Assembly: GCA_951406725.2 (NCBI GenBank)
Contig: OX597820.1
Coordinates: forward strand, 124,310,001-124,374,000
Reading direction: 5' to 3'
Source of the DNA: Octopus vulgaris
Taxonomy: Eukaryota
DNA: 64,000 nt
Shown one piece after another: positions 43,769 to 56,296 of the stretch (position 1 is its first letter; each line of letters begins with the position of its first letter). A program made the position numbers and the translations under genes. Under the pieces are notes generated by a model that was not told the origin of the DNA, did no database searches, and worked only from the letters and a program-made list of their open reading frames with translations.

Positions 43769-44843
43769 TCACTTGGAATCACAGAAGGAAGAAAATAGTA
43801 TAATCGCTGTGGTTGCGCCGTCGAAAAGCTATGATATATTTAATTTTCCCATAACGCAACACCTCGACGTGCGCCATCCAGTGGCAAATGGATGAGACAA
43901 CTAGTTTCAAGGGAGATAACTGTCTACACATCTTTTTTATGTATGTATGCGTGTACACGTGAAAAAGAAAGTGAGTGACTGTATTTCCACGAAACATATA
44001 GAAAATTGGATAACTTTTAAGGTACATGTTTATATACAAAATGTAACGTCGTCGACGTCGTGGTATAAAATGTTATTTAGGATAGTTGAATTATAGAAAG
44101 AGCATAATGTTAAATTTCTGTAAACCAAATATGTAAATGAAACTAAAGTTATTTGTTGGCTGAAAGATTACTGAATATATTTTATAGCTCATACGGAAAA
44201 TCTGTAACTGAGTTTTCGAATGTATTTGTTAATTTCCGAAACTTTTTATATCTTTCTTTTTGCTTTGAAGAAAGTAGACGTGGAAAGATAAAAGGAAACC
44301 GCAACAATTGTCTTGAAGTAAGAGCAGAAAGTGAAAGAGATGAGAAAGTGAAAACTGTATGTACGTGTATATGAAATGGACGTGTGCGCACGTATGTGGG
44401 TGTGTGTGAGAGAGACAGACCAGATATTGTGAGTGAGTGAAGGTATGTGTTGTCATGTATGTGTGAGTGGCATTCACTTGGTTTCCCTCTCTGTCACACT
44501 CACACATATGCATACATCTTTTTGTTTATATGTGTATGTGTGCCTGTGCGTGTGTGTGAAAGAGAGAGAGAGTGAGTGACTGTATTTCGTCATAACATAT
44601 AGAAAAATGGATGTCTTTTACGACACAGACTCATATAGGAAATGTGACGCCGTCGCCGTTATCGTCGTGGTATAAAATGTTTACGACAGTTGACTTATAG
44701 AAAATATTATAATGTAAAATTTTGTAATGCAAATACGTAACTGAAAATAAATTTTATTTGGTAGTTGTAAGATTTCCGAATATTTTGATACCCCTACGTC
44801 AAAATCGGCAACTCAGTTCTCGAATTCATGAGAAAGATATACA

Positions 44844-44888
<45 letters not shown>

Positions 44889-45214
44889 GTACAATTTCTC
44901 TTTTATACATATGGAAGACATCGCTGTCTTCTGTTGTTCTCTCTGTCTGTCTCTCATATTTCCTGTGTGTCTACCTCTTCCTGCCTCCTCCCTTTCCCTC
45001 ACCTTCATTATCCCACATTTCACTGAACCTAACACTTTTGAACACCTTTCATTTTAACATGTCATAGCCCAAACGCCGTAGTCCGTCCATTATCAATGTT
45101 TATTGAAATCCAGTTAACCCTTAATTGAACTGAATATTAGTTTAACATGTATACAAAGTTTTGTGAAGATTGGTTCCCTGGTTTGGGCGCCAAAAGGGTA
45201 CCTGTCAGACGGAC

Positions 45215-45681
45215 GGAAAAGTACCAAACATTTGGAAACGAAGGATGTTATCAGATTAATGCAAATAACGAAAATCTCTGAGAAAGAAAGTGATAAACTG
45301 CATGAGACTAACCAGCGGGAAACGTTTTCTAATACTGTTAAAATCTAGTTAAACATATTTGAACCTCTAATGCATTTAGAGGACACCAGTAGATTTTTTA
45401 GAGTATATTAATATCTATTTCAAGTATGTCAACTCATCATTGAGAATCCATGTTATGATCCATGAAATCAATTACCAGGGAACATGTAATATGATGTCTA
45501 GTGAGTCACACTTTATATTACTATATTATTTACCTCTGAAGCTAATTAAGGAATCTTGCCACGATCGCTTCTGTGGTCTATCATTACAGCTAAATTTGTA
45601 TGATGACAGACAGAAATTGACATTAATAAATAAGATAGATAGATAGAGAGAGGTTCAGAGATACATAGATATATAATACAT

Positions 45682-45745
<64 letters not shown>

Positions 45746-46695
45746 GTGGGGAGTGCATGTGTTTGCATATGTATGTGTGTGTGTGTTTGAATCTATCTAT
45801 GATATGCATACGCCATAAAAGACTGTATGTATGTATATATATGTGTGAGCGTATGTGTATGTGGTATGTGTGTCTGTATGTGTCTTTATGTGTGCACTCG
45901 CCCGCGTGTGCAAAGTCAATTTATTCTAATATACATGATTTTAAGCTATATGGCAGCCAACGTACCGCTGGAACGTGCTAGCATCTCCAGTGATACTATA
46001 TGGTAAGATAAATAGAATATTTTCTTAAAGGTATGATAGCATACAATTTTGAGCGAGTTCTATTAGCTTATATTTTATTATGTGTGTGTGTGTAAAAACG
46101 TATATTTCGATACAAAGTGTATTTAATTAGATGTATTTGGCTGCTTCAAGATATATATGTGAATCCCTCGTTGACTCTGGCAAAACTCTTTGCAAGTAAA
46201 AGTGCCTGAGAGCTGGGGCCATACTACCTCCTAGTTCATGTTTTGTCTGCATATATTTTATTATGTGTGTGTGTAAAGAGGTTTAATTGTCGTCCATGGA
46301 AAAGTGCCAAACATTTGCAAACGAAGGATGTTTTCAGATTAAGGCAAATAACGAAAATCTCTGTCTTCAAACACAGAAAGTAAAGGGGAAACTACAAGAA
46401 ACTAAATGATGGGAAGCGTTTTCTAATACTGGTAAAACCTAGTTGAACCGATTTAAACTTGCAATGTATTTAGAGGAAACTGTTATAGTTTCGTAAGGAT
46501 ATTAAAGTCTATTTCAAGTATCTCAACTCATCATTGAGAATCCGTGTTACGATCGAAGAAATCAATTACCAGGGAACATGTGATATGATGACTTGTTCGT
46601 CATCTTCCATATTATTACATTATTCAATTCTGAAGCTGATTAAGAAATCTTGCCACGATCGCTTTTCTGGTCTATTATTATAACTACATTTGTAC
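45215..46695. repeat. diverged direct duplication of about 390 bp (45215-45600 vs 46300-46695)
   Basis: Shared blocks gaaaagtrccaaacatttgsaaacgaaggatgtt, aactcatcattgagaatcc, gaaatcaattaccagggaacatg and tcttgccacgatcgctt. Confidence 0.85.
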
Positions 46696-48035
46696 AATAT
46701 CCATTAGAAAACACATGAATCATGGATTAATCGGATCCTGGACACACTTATCCGAAAATAACGAAGGGTGGGATAGACGTCGTGTACCTACCCAGTTCTT
46801 TCGACCAGGATTTTGCGATACGCGTCTTTCTATCGAATGCAATCTTCAATATTTTAGCGAAGTTATAAATATGTAAGTATCATAGAAAGTAAAACTGGAA
46901 ATAGAACACTCTAACTCAAAAATCTAGGATATTGCATAAGTCTTTTCAATTCAGGGAGTTTCTCAGATAGCTTTTGAATTTCGGATGTATGCTAAATGAA
47001 GATAAACTTCTTACTCATAAATATTCGTTAATATTCCAGGGTAATAAAAAATAAGAAACAAAAACATTGTATTGAAGATGAAATCACATTTAGGGAACCT
47101 CATGCTTATTTTAATGGTTGTAATTGCCATATATATGATACAATCCGACTGAACTGAGCAATTGACGAAGAAGCAATTAGTAAAATCAATAATACGCCTA
47201 TACAGAACAGAAATGAAGAAATTGGTAAAGTTTTCGTACGTACAATATAATCTCCATTACCTTTATTGAAAATTACAAATTATATTTCATGTAATGATGC
47301 ATACTGAATAAGTTTCAATCATTTCTACTTAGTCTGAAATGGTTAATTAGCCAATAAAATACAGTAGATAGATAATGAATGTTACGCTATGAAGCATTTC
47401 ATCAATTATAATAGATTAATTGTCGATGCAATTATTATGTCTCAATTTGGATCAGTCCGTATTGCAGATCATATGTATTTTAAATTCGTACCAAAGATTC
47501 CGTTCAGAATGAAAATCGTACATAATCACAAAGCCATTGTTTCCAACACGTAACAGGCAGTACCTGAAGTTAATACGTTACACAAAAATACAAGTAAACA
47601 TTGGATAACAAATTTGTATTCTACTAATTTATATGAAAAGTTATATTTATGAAAATCGACAAGATGTGGATTTTCACAATGGAGTCAAACTACATGAATA
47701 AGTTAGTCGTCAAAGACTCAGGCAGCATATTATCGCGTGTAATTTCTTCCAGGAAATAAGGTACCAGAAATATTTTGCAGTAAATGACAATTGCAAATCC
47801 TTTAAAATTATGATGAGCATATATCCGATCCGTTTCAGTTTGTAGGATCAAAAATTTGCCTTAAGTATATAAAGGAGTAATACAACACATCTAATACCAA
47901 CTGCTATAAATCAATATATGAGCATTAAAATTAAATAGAAGTAAAACGTTGTAGAGAATGAAATGGTTTCAACAAGAAATCAGTTTACAAACACTGAAAA
48001 ATAATTAGCAACCTTATTTAAATCATTTAAATTTG

Positions 48036-48197
48036 AGGAATATTTGTCCTCATCTTGTTTGTTGTTAGAACAACATTTTGGTTGATACACTCCAGCCTTA
48101 ACCAAGTGTCTTGGGAAAATTTCGAACCTCGGTTCACATTCCTAAGTTATTTTTCTATCTTCTTCTTCTTCTTCTTCTTCTTCTTCTTCTTCTTCTT

Positions 48198-48271
<74 letters not shown>

Positions 48272-48342
48272 GCAGGTAGGTACCTGGAATCGAACTCGGA
48301 ATATTGGAGTTAGTATCCCGCGCTCTTATACAATACGCCCGC
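48036..48342 (-). mobile_element. tRNA-headed SINE-like element: Pol III head + (AAT)n/(AAG)n + hammerhead-family tail
   Basis: Minus-strand head ggcgtattgtataagagcgcggg...gagttcgattcc (box B at 48286-48297). Tail 48036-48155 is the reverse complement of the 48427-48545 family sequence. Confidence 0.75.
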
Positions 48343-48349
48343 TTGAATA

Positions 48350-48424
<75 letters not shown>

Positions 48425-48471
48425 TCGAAAAATACCTTAGGAATGAGAACCCAGGTTTGAAATTTCCCCCA

Positions 48472-48517
48472 AACACCTGATGAAGGCTGGAGAGTATATC
48501 ACCCGAAACTTTGTGTT
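48472..48517 (+). ncRNA. type I hammerhead ribozyme motif (slightly decayed)
   Basis: AACAC-CTGATGA-aggctgg(agagtata)tcaccc-GAAA-CT-TT-GTGTT. Confidence 0.7.
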
Positions 48518-48929
48518 AACAACAAACAAGATGAGGACAAATGTCCGTCAAATGTAAAGAATGTACACAATTCCTCATCTCTTAAATATAGGGCTGTATA
48601 ATTAGCAACGTTTAAGATAAATAGAATATTTTCTTAAAGGTATGATAGCATACAATTTTGAGCGGAGTTCTATTAGCTTATGTGTGTATGTGTGTGTGTG
48701 TGTGCAGAATAACCATTGCTTTCGAAGAATTTAAAAAATATGGACTCCGTATAAAATTGCTACACTCAACGTCCAGGAGAATATTTTTGGCGATATTGCT
48801 ACATCTTTGAAATAGGCATGCAATTGTTCATGGAATATCTCAGTTGTGAATTATTCCCAATATGAATTCTTTCAACGATACATTACATACATATTCCGAT
48901 ATGTTTCACAGAAAACATTATATACATAC

Positions 48930-48991
<62 letters not shown>

Positions 48992-49001
48992 GTGCATATA
49001 T

Positions 49002-49038
<37 letters not shown>

Positions 49039-50294
49039 CATGTATATGTAAATATACATACACATATAGACCCACATATATACCTATATTTATCTGTATA
49101 ATCAATATATCTTTATACATACATCATGCACACGCACATACACACGCAACCACACACGCATATATATATATATATATATATATATGAATATATAAATACA
49201 TATAAATATATGTAAAGACAATATATATTATGTACATATGCATGTGTGTATATCTATATCGCATCTATGTATCTGTGCATTTATCTCTCTGTCTCTCCAT
49301 CTATCGATACACACACCCACACAGACATGCAGATATACACATATTTATATGGAGAACAGGTGTAGGTTTACATCTACATTCTACCAGTATATGTATGCTT
49401 GTATTTATGTGTGTATGCGTACATTTGTACGTGCATAATAATAATTTTCCGACAAAAGACATATTTTGCAGGAATGTAACGAAAGCCTAAAGCTAGAAAC
49501 TGTTGAGAATGAAACTGTGTATCATGTCATGATGAGGTTTACATAGATTCATTCAACCTTTTGCATACAAATTGAAATGCATAAAGAGTGTCATGAATAT
49601 ACTGAAAGAGCTAATCTATATTCACAGAAATTTCTGTATATTTTTGACATATGACATAGACTAGTTTTAAAACTCGTAACCTACTTCGTTGCATACCTCT
49701 TGGGATTTAAAAAGAAATCAATCTTATTTTATGAATCCTTTCTGGCCGAACAAAAAGAAAAAAACGAAACAGAACGTTGATTTACAACGTGAAATTTGGT
49801 ACATATGAAGCAAATTTGCAATAACTAGTAAAACCAAACGAAACTCAATCCTGCCTAACTAAGAAATATATTTTAAAGTTATTTTACTTTAGTAATACGT
49901 ACATGCATGCATGTATAGGCACACCCACGTACTGACCCATTGACCCACACGCATGCACACAAACAAACAAAAGGGAACGCAGTGTAAATAACGGACAGTG
50001 TCAAGACTATTGAAAAGGTTGCAAGACGCAACGAAAGTTTTAGAAAATAAAAATAAGAAATAAGTGGAAATTTTACCGGTGAGTGTGTTAAATAATAAGG
50101 CACTAAACGAGAATGACTCTCCCCAGACACAACAGAATATGCTTCAACACACGAACTCATATAAAGAATCTTGCAAACCAAATAATCTAAGAACGAAATA
50201 CTTTAGTAATTACTTTAGTAATACATTATATTTACATATGAATATGCATAAAATTTAGCTCAAGGCCAGCGGAGTCAGGGTAGCGGTGACAGAG

Positions 50295-50465
50295 GATTAC
50301 ATCAACCCCAGTGCTCAGCTGGTCCTTATTTTATTGACCACCCCAAGCCAAAAAAAAAAAGATGACAAAGTCGACATGTAGGTATTTGATCTTAGAAAAT
50401 AACGACAGACGAAATGCCGTAAAGCATGTTGGCCGGCGTTCCAAAGATTTTGCTTGCTTGCCGTC
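50295..50465 (-). mobile_element. Nin/Deu-like SINE copy
   Basis: Reverse-complement homology to 25207-25480 (aaagtcgac...gacagacgaaatgccgtaaagcat...ccggcg). Confidence 0.65.
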
Positions 50466-50524
50466 ATCAAGAGTGGATTTAATCTTTTCCAGTTTCAAAT
50501 AATTTCTAAAATAGTTTCTTAAGA

Positions 50525-50605
<81 letters not shown>

Positions 50606-50695
50606 AGATTTTACGAAAAAAACAACGAAAGACGAAGACAGGTGGTGTACAAAACAAACAGATATATTAGTATAACGCACAGGAAGAGAAAAATA

Positions 50696-50731
50696 CTTTG
50701 ACGTTTCGATCCTACACTCTTCTACAGAAAG
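50696..50731 (-). ncRNA. hammerhead-like motif with core insertion, in pLTR-like repeat at 50600-50790
   Basis: Minus strand: CTTT-CTGTAGAAGA-gtgtaggatc-GAAA-CG-TC-AAAG. Confidence 0.45.
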
Positions 50732-51587
50732 GGACACAGAAAAAAAAAACAGGGAGAGAAACAAGGAGAGAAAAAAAGAGAGAAAGAAAGGAGAGAAATA
50801 TATTTATAGGTTAATATACATTTATAATGAATATATACATGGTACCTCACGCCCATACAGGCGCATACACATTTACATATATAGAAATCTATTCATACAG
50901 ACATATCATAAAAGAAAATAAGGCATGATGAAAAGACAAGTAAAATTCAGTTCTCACGGCGGTAGGGAATTCGAAAATAAATATGATTATATGAGAAACA
51001 AGATGGAACGTATGAAATTATTTACGAAAATATTATAAAAACGATAGAAATTTTATTATAATGCGCAAATTTGAATGCAGCAGCAGACCATATATTGAAG
51101 TTACAAAGGGAATTATGTGGACGTATTTCTTAAATAATGTAACATATTTATATAATTTTAAAAGTGAAGCTATTACGAAAGTAATTTAATACAGACAATT
51201 TTTATACTACAAAATGTAACGCTCTTTTGCAATAATCATAGGCAAGGATGATGAAATTGGCTAAGTTGCCAAATTAACTTACAGAAGGGATTCCTTTGAA
51301 AATATATTACAATTTAAGAAATAAAATATTAGTATTTAACTGACATATATATGTAGATATGTGTGCGTTTGCGTACATCTGTGTGCTTGTACGGGTGTAT
51401 ATATACAAACACACACATGTATTAATCCATATATGTATGAATGAATATCTATGTGTGTATATATATATGTATGTATGTATATATATATATAAACGGTAAG
51501 ATAACAAAAGAAAGAAAGAAACCTCAATATTATGTGAATAGAGGAATTTATCTGTAAATGTAATATGTGACAATTATTCGGTAGCCA

Positions 51588-51650
51588 AGATAAAACTCTG
51601 AGTTTCGGATACCGAGGTGGAAATCCACACCACCATCTCTTCAGTTTTCC
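51588..51650 (-). ncRNA. type I hammerhead ribozyme motif in a 200-bp (TA)n-flanked repeat (51490-51690)
   Basis: Minus strand: ggaaaa-CTGAAGA-gatggtggtgtgg(attt)ccacctcggtatcc-GAAA-CTCaGAG-TT-ttatct. Confidence 0.65.
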
Positions 51651-51682
51651 GGCCATCGGAAAAACGCTAGGAAAAAAGACCG

Positions 51683-51763
<81 letters not shown>

Positions 51764-51823
51764 CTGATATGTGTGTGTGCATATATCTATAACCATACAC
51801 AAATATATATACTAATATGTACA

Positions 51824-52636
51824 TACGATGGAGTACCCATTAGTAACCGGAAACGTTCTCTGTAGGACGAGCCCGTTGAAGCTCGGGTTTCTGTCGCTAG
51901 AGGCCGCATTATACAAACCTCAGGCAACAGTCTGCCGACCAGCCTGTTCGGCCTCGAGTTATATTGCTACGCGTAACTTCTTTGCCTTGCAGTGCTTGTC
52001 CCTTTTTCGTCGATTATTAGAATGGCTGAAAGGAAGGAACAGTGTGCTCCCGTGAAATTCCGTTTCCTCCTTGGGAAAGCGGCGGCCAAAACAGTTGTCA
52101 TGCCTCTAACTGTATAAAAGGAATCATGCCATCAGCAATGGCCACTTGTCACTTGAAAACCGATCATGTTCAGAGTGACAGTCGACCTGCCCAATGAATG
52201 CAAACATTTTGGAAGTTCCTGAACATAGGGCCGTCACTGAAGAATTGACGAACTTCTTGATATGATTGGTATATCGTAGAGCTCCTGTCAATGATTTTTG
52301 AGCGAGGATTTGCGAAGCATTGTAGCAAAATCTGTGCCTATTCTACTCATAGAGATCAAAAGCAGTTACGACTGAATGCATGTCATGAACTGAAAGATCA
52401 CGTAAAAATTGATCGGGAATGTTTTTTGAAGGTTATCACTGGTGATGAAAGCTGGTGCTATGGAATTTGCAGATGTTGAAGATGTGATGAAAAACAAAAC
52501 GATGGATCTATTCACAAGAGTTCCTGCATCAAATGGAGAATAATTTGAAGGCGATAAAATGTAAACATACGAAATAAAGAGAATAAAATAAGATTGGAAA
52601 TATCCGGGGGGGAGTCGGGGGAGTTACACCCTCATA
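51824..52636 (+). mobile_element. degenerate mariner element
   Basis: FLKVITGDESWCYG motif, HTH-region relics, and TA-bounded imperfect ends (tacgatggagtac / ttacaccctcata). Confidence 0.75.
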
Positions 52637-52959
52637 CATGGACGCAATCTTCGAACTCAAACTAATACGAAAACAAAAAGAAAAAAATATATGTGAGTGA
52701 ACTTGGTAGACAGAAATTGAAAGGAAGCCCCATGAGTGTGTATGTGTGTGTTTATAACTTGGTGGTGCGGTAAAAGAGACCGATAGAATAGGTTTCAAGT
52801 TTCAAAATAAGAACCGGGGTCGATTACTTTCACTAAAATTCCCCAAGACGGTGCTCCAACATGGTTGCAGTCGAGTAATTGAAACAAGTAAACAAATAAA
52901 TGAATCAATGTATACGTTTAAGAATTTGCGTTGCAAGATTCCTGATGTGAAGTCGTGTG

Positions 52960-53205
52960 TTCAATCAGATGTTGTTTTATTTCGGTATGGTCAGTTTTAT
53001 TCGAAATAAACACACTCACTATTTATTCATTCTTCACTCGTTTATTACTGTACTTATTCTAATTCATGTCCATTTTCCGGTAAATGGACATGTGTTAGAC
53101 TAGGAACAGTAGTAAATGAGTGAAAAACGAACATATAGTGAATGTGTTTATTGGGCAAAACAAAAAAAAAATAATAATACCATCATGAAATACAATCAAA
53201 ACCAA
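52960..53205. mobile_element. MITE-like fold-back repeat
   Basis: aataaacacactcactat...ttcactcgtttattactgt pairs with acagtagtaaatgagtgaa...atagtgaatgtgtttatt. Confidence 0.6.
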
Positions 53206-53218
53206 AGTATATATGTCA

Positions 53219-53324
<106 letters not shown>

Positions 53325-53334
53325 TATATTAAGG

Positions 53335-54060
53335 AAATCTTTTTGGGAAACCTTAATCAATATAAACTTTTCTATCCCTATCGTTTCTATAATCGCACCC
53401 TACAATAGACACACACCTATAGAAGCTTCAATACCCATGCCAAACCGCAATATTCGAAATCTCCGTAACTACCAACTGGGAGTTTCTTGATTCTCAATCA
53501 CTATAATACATTTCTCTCAGGCCCTACGATGGGATTACAAGACACTACACGAGTATCGGAGCCAATACGTTCAAGAGAAAATATATACAATATATGCAGT
53601 CGTTTAGATGCAGTGACAGGCAAGCTAAACCTTCTTGTACCGTTTTCTCAGAAGACTTCCTTTCCCAACATGAAAAGGAGTATCATTGATAGGGAATCTC
53701 CGCACTCCTCAGGAACGTACAACTGTCAACTATGTTTCTGACGAAGCATTTTTCACTATTTTTCCTATTTTTTTCGTATTGCCTCTCTTTCTTTCTTGTC
53801 CTCCCTATCTTTCTCTTTTTATCCCTTTCTCCCCAAAACAAAATTGACATCTTGAAAGGTCATTTGGCATCAACCACGTCTTAGTCAAAATCTATCTCAA
53901 AATACATGCTTTCTTCTGCTCCCTTTCCTCTTTTCTTCAACTCTGTCTTCTTCTCTCTCCTCTCCTCCCTTTACGATTTGCTGAAAAGGTTAAAGACTGT
54001 TTTTGTGAAACTTATATGAAGACTCCTATTGAACGGACGAAAGCGATAGTGACGCATTAT
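53335..54060 (+). mobile_element. decayed PLE 3' end
   Basis: KRSIIDRESPHSSGTYNCQLC resembles the PLE C-terminal WxIxxxxxPY...CxLC. A pyrimidine-rich UTR follows, then a decayed hammerhead (tgaaga-ctcc..gga-c-gaaa-gcg) at about 54010-54052. Confidence 0.5.
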
Positions 54061-54467
54061 CTAGAATTGAAACTGCCTCCTTTTACTTAGTATAATATAT
54101 CTATACGTCACTTCAAACGTGCTATACATGAATATTTTGTTGGATAATTTTCGGAAAATGATATTTATGTAACAGTATCGCAGGTGTAGATGTACGAATA
54201 TAATTTCATTACTCGATGTTGGCAAATCAGTTTCTCTCAAATCTCTTACAAGGAATTTTAAAATTATGCCTGAATATAATAGGTGCAAAAACCGCAATGA
54301 TAATATATGTCAAAATCGACAGGTATGAAAGGACATTGTGCATAAATATGTTGAATCAAAACATTCTTAACACCATAATATATTTGTTCGTGGAGAATAA
54401 AGAAAATGGTTGTGAACACATATTATAATTAATAGTCATTCGAAATCCAGGCACACACACACATATA

Positions 54468-54505
<38 letters not shown>

Positions 54506-54732
54506 ATATAATATAGGGTGCCAAAAAAAATTTTGTAGAATTCTTTTGCCACCAGCGGCCTAGTAGGAAAAAAATTAAAATAGTCATAGACCATTTTTAA
54601 GTTCAACATCAACAATAAAGGAACGGCCATAATAGGCCATTCACCCACTAGAAATAACAGCCAAAGCTTCAACCGCAAATAAAAGTCAATTCAGTAAACC
54701 AGGAGAAAATTTAAAAAACATTTACCCTGTAA

Positions 54733-54837
54733 TTTCTTATACGATATACCGTTTCATCTGCTGATTAATGGTAAACTAACCTGATTAAATTAAATCAAGC
54801 CAATCTTCCACAGGCCCTCAGATTCTTCAGTAAGAAA
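54733..54837 (-). ncRNA. type I hammerhead ribozyme (array unit 1)
   Basis: Minus strand: TTTCTTA-CTGAAGA-ATCTG[long extension]CAGAT-GAAA-CGGTATATCG-TA-TAAGAAA. Canonical core with a GUA cleavage triplet; predicted cut between 54740 and 54739. Confidence 0.88.
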
Positions 54838-55225
54838 TAGCCCAAGACGGAACAGATATTTTCACGAGGCATTTCCGACGTTGCCAAGTTAATATCTGAC
54901 CTAAAATTTTCAAATCGTCGCACTCGCGCCAAATTTATCGGCAGCAAATAAATATAAGCCGTCGATTCCATTACGGAATTAACCAGAAAATTCATAATTA
55001 ATCAATATAGGGTGGCAAAAAAAATTTTGTAGAATTCTTTTGCCACCAGCGGCCTAGTAGGAAAAAATTAAAATAGTCATAGACCATTTTTAAGTTCAAC
55101 ATCAACAATAAAGGAACGGCCATAATAGGCCATTCACCCACTAGAAATAACAGCCAAAGCTTCAACCGCAAATAAAAGTCAATTCAGTAAACCAGGAGAA
55201 AATTTAAAAAACATTTACCCTGTAA

Positions 55226-55330
55226 TTTCTTATACGATATACCGTTTCATCTGCTGATTAATGGTAAACTAACCTGATTAAATTAAATCAAGCCAATCTT
55301 CCACAGGCCCTCAGATTCTTCAGTAAGAAA
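55226..55330 (-). ncRNA. type I hammerhead ribozyme (array unit 2)
   Basis: Same motif as 54733-54837, shifted by 493 bp. Confidence 0.88.
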
Positions 55331-55794
55331 TAGCCCAAGACGGGACAGATATTTTCACGAGGCATTTCCGACGTTGCCAAGTTAATATCTGACCTAAAAT
55401 TTTCAAATCGTCGCACTCGCGCCAAATTTATCGGCAGCAAATAAATATAAGCCGTCGATTCCATTACGGAATTAACCAGAAAATTCATAATTAATCAATA
55501 TAGGGTGGCAAAAAAATTTTGTAGAATTCTTTTGCCACCAGCGGCCTAGTAGGAAAAAATTAAAATAGTCATAGACCATTTTTAAGTTCAACATCAACAA
55601 TAAAGGAACGGCCATAATAGGCCATTCACCCACTAGAAATAACAGCCAAAGCTTCAACCGCAAATAAAAGTCAATTCAGTAAACCAGGAGAAAATTTAAA
55701 AAACATTTACCCTGTAATTTCTTATCTGTCTGATACCGTTAGGTGGAGAGATATATATTCAACTATTCTTGTACCCTCGAACTATTGAGGAATG

Positions 55795-55875
55795 CCATGC
55801 TGATGAAGAAAATGGTTTGTAAAGTATAATTTAATATTCTTTATGCAAACCTAATTCCGAAACGCGCGTCCATGG
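55795..55875 (+). ncRNA. type I hammerhead ribozyme, canonical core
   Basis: CCATG-CTGATGA-a-gaa[ggtttgtaaag...ctttatgcaaacc]ttc-c-GAAA-CGCGCG-TC-CATGG. GUC triplet with predicted cut after 55870; palindromic stem III. Confidence 0.88.
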
Positions 55876-56296
55876 ATGACCAGATATTGATTGATTTTCG
55901 TTGCTTTACTCTCTGCCTGTGTGAATTATTTTCAAGTAGTTTGGTTTCTCTAGGGGTCCCTTTTTAAAGTAGAAGAAATAGCTAAGATTGTTGGCTGCTA
56001 TTTCTAAACTTCGGTATTTGGTAAAGCAAATCTTTGCTGAACCCTTTTTATTAAGTATTACTTAAGTTTACCGTGAAATGGACCTTTTTCCTACCGAATT
56101 CTACTTGGTGAAATTATTGATTACTCCTTAATTAATTAATTTTACCCTTTGTTATTATATATATAAAAAATATATATAATAACAAAGAGTACTCAAATAC
56201 CAGTGGTAGAGTAATATGCTTTGTTTAAAGCAGCAGAAAATTCCGGCAACCGGAAACTCAGAGTAACAGGCTTTGTTGAGTTTTCTGCTGCTTTAA

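Larger units (their letters stand above)
42002..45220 (-). mobile_element. Helitron-like non-autonomous element hosting a nested gypsy fragment
   Basis: a|ctaggaatgcatcccggcgttacctggg is the reverse complement of hairpin+CTAG. A diverged internal duplication links 43965-44230 and 44570-44830. The right boundary is tentative. Confidence 0.4.
54511..55725 (-). repeat. 493-bp tandem array (about 2.5 units), each full unit carrying a hammerhead ribozyme (retrozyme/pLTR-like)
   Basis: Units start at 54511, 55005 and 55498 and are nearly identical. The left end abuts (TA)n. Confidence 0.95.

Noticed and set aside
54436-55663. Duplicated 63-80 aa ORFs (MNFLVNS..., MRLKLWL...) as small proteins
   Set aside because: They recur only because of the tandem repeat, have no recognisable motif, and their ends vary with homopolymer length. 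The RNA structure explains the conservation better.
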